Shown piece by piece: positions 63,624 through 64,000 of a stretch of 64,000 bases of DNA. This DNA is from Deltaproteobacteria bacterium. GTDB taxonomy: Bacteria; Desulfobacterota; Desulfobacteria; Desulfobacterales; C00003060. Position numbers and translations under genes: made by a program. The stretch lies in contig JAFGFW010000026.1 of the NCBI GenBank assembly GCA_016930875.1, positions 1,755-65,754 on the forward strand, written 5' to 3'. The notes beneath the pieces were generated by a model, which had not been told where the DNA came from, did not search any database, and worked only from the letters and a program-made list of their open reading frames with translations. How positions within the stretch are numbered: position 1 is the stretch's first letter; each line of letters begins with the position of its first letter.

Positions 63624-64000
63624 ATGATTCAACAAGGAAAAATCCTGGTCACAGAAGATGGGCCTTTCGATCTGACCAACTACAGGTGGGACGACCATCG
63701 CTTTTCGGATATCCTGGTCAGAGACCTCCCGATTGATACAGACCAGGCCATGGATATCAGCCGATTTCTGCGTGAAGAAATCGCAAAAATGGAACTCCGC
63801 GCCATCACCATACCGGTTATCACAACGATAATCGAGGCAAAGTTGCTGGAATACGGGTTTGCCAAGCCTTCGCCGATTCGGCTGGACAAATCCATCTTTG
63901 TAAAGAACGGACTGATTCTTTCTGAAAACGCCAAAAGGGTTCTGGAAAGGAGATACCTTAAAAAGGACAGCAAGAACAGGGTTGGTGAATCCCCTGAAAA
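63624..64000 (+). CDS. nrdJ: adenosylcobalamin-dependent (class II) ribonucleotide reductase, 5' partial
   Basis: GGGGAGG SD then ATG 63624; frame open to the window end; ...LSENAKRVLERRYLKKDSKNRVGESPE matches the conserved N-terminal segment of class II RNRs (from memory). Confidence 0.65.
   Translation, partial: MIQQGKILVTEDGPFDLTNYRWDDHRFSDILVRDLPIDTDQAMDISRFLREEIAKMELRAITIPVITTIIEAKLLEYGFAKPSPIRLDKSIFVKNGLILSENAKRVLERRYLKKDSKNRVGESPE

Noticed and set aside
1-64000. A search by eye for rRNA, tRNA, CRISPR arrays, transposases, integrases and prophage genes.
   Set aside because: None was recognised. The only repeats seen are the short palindromic and heptad elements listed above. tRNAscan, Infernal and a CRISPR finder should confirm this.

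Overview
The window reads as chromosomal DNA from a Gram-negative anaerobe. Gene content, PxxKW/HDOD/PilZ proteins and the intergenic repeat families suggest a Desulfobacterota (deltaproteobacterial) genome, but this taxonomic call is inference only.

Layout:
- 1-35.9 kb is one large outer-membrane biogenesis region.
  - About 0.2-14.7 kb is an LPS core/O-chain glycan block. It carries ugd, GT2/GT4/GT9/GT10-like transferases, an O-antigen-ligase-like protein, a sulfotransferase-like gene, a compact radical-SAM enzyme, a Trm112-like gene and an NAD-dependent sugar epimerase.
  - This block appears more AT-rich by eye (not computed). It also contains decay products: a GDP-mannose dehydratase relic and an interrupted small ORF.
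  - About 14.8-35.9 kb follows on the minus strand with waaC, waaF, an lpxL-like gene, lpxK, waaA, msbA, a DUF374 gene, lpxB, an oxidoreductase, lpxI, lpxA, fabZ, lpxD, skp, bamA, lolD, lolC and lysS.
- 36-64 kb is mostly housekeeping and signalling:
  - a PilS-like kinase and pilC, a PxxKW Cys-rich protein, an aminotransferase and a ClC/CBS channel;
  - truA, argC, infA, rpsI, rplM and adk;
  - two large histidine kinases, a class II aldolase, a rhomboid and a UvrD-like helicase;
  - a PilZ protein, an IscU-like protein, a PBP, pncA-pncB, a HAD hydrolase, an EEP-family protein, a CYTH protein and the 5' end of a class II ribonucleotide reductase.

I saw no rRNA, tRNA, CRISPR array, transposase or integrase.

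Most notable observations:
- A BtrN-like/SPASM-type radical-SAM gene lies inside the glycan locus. A 60-aa Cys-containing ORF with its own Shine-Dalgarno (SD) site sits just upstream, and a sulfotransferase-like gene sits downstream.
- Several nested-palindromic and heptad-periodic intergenic elements punctuate the long operon.
- A 32-nt sequence is shared by two unrelated divergent intergenic regions.

All functional calls rest on motif and architecture recognition by eye. No searches were run.
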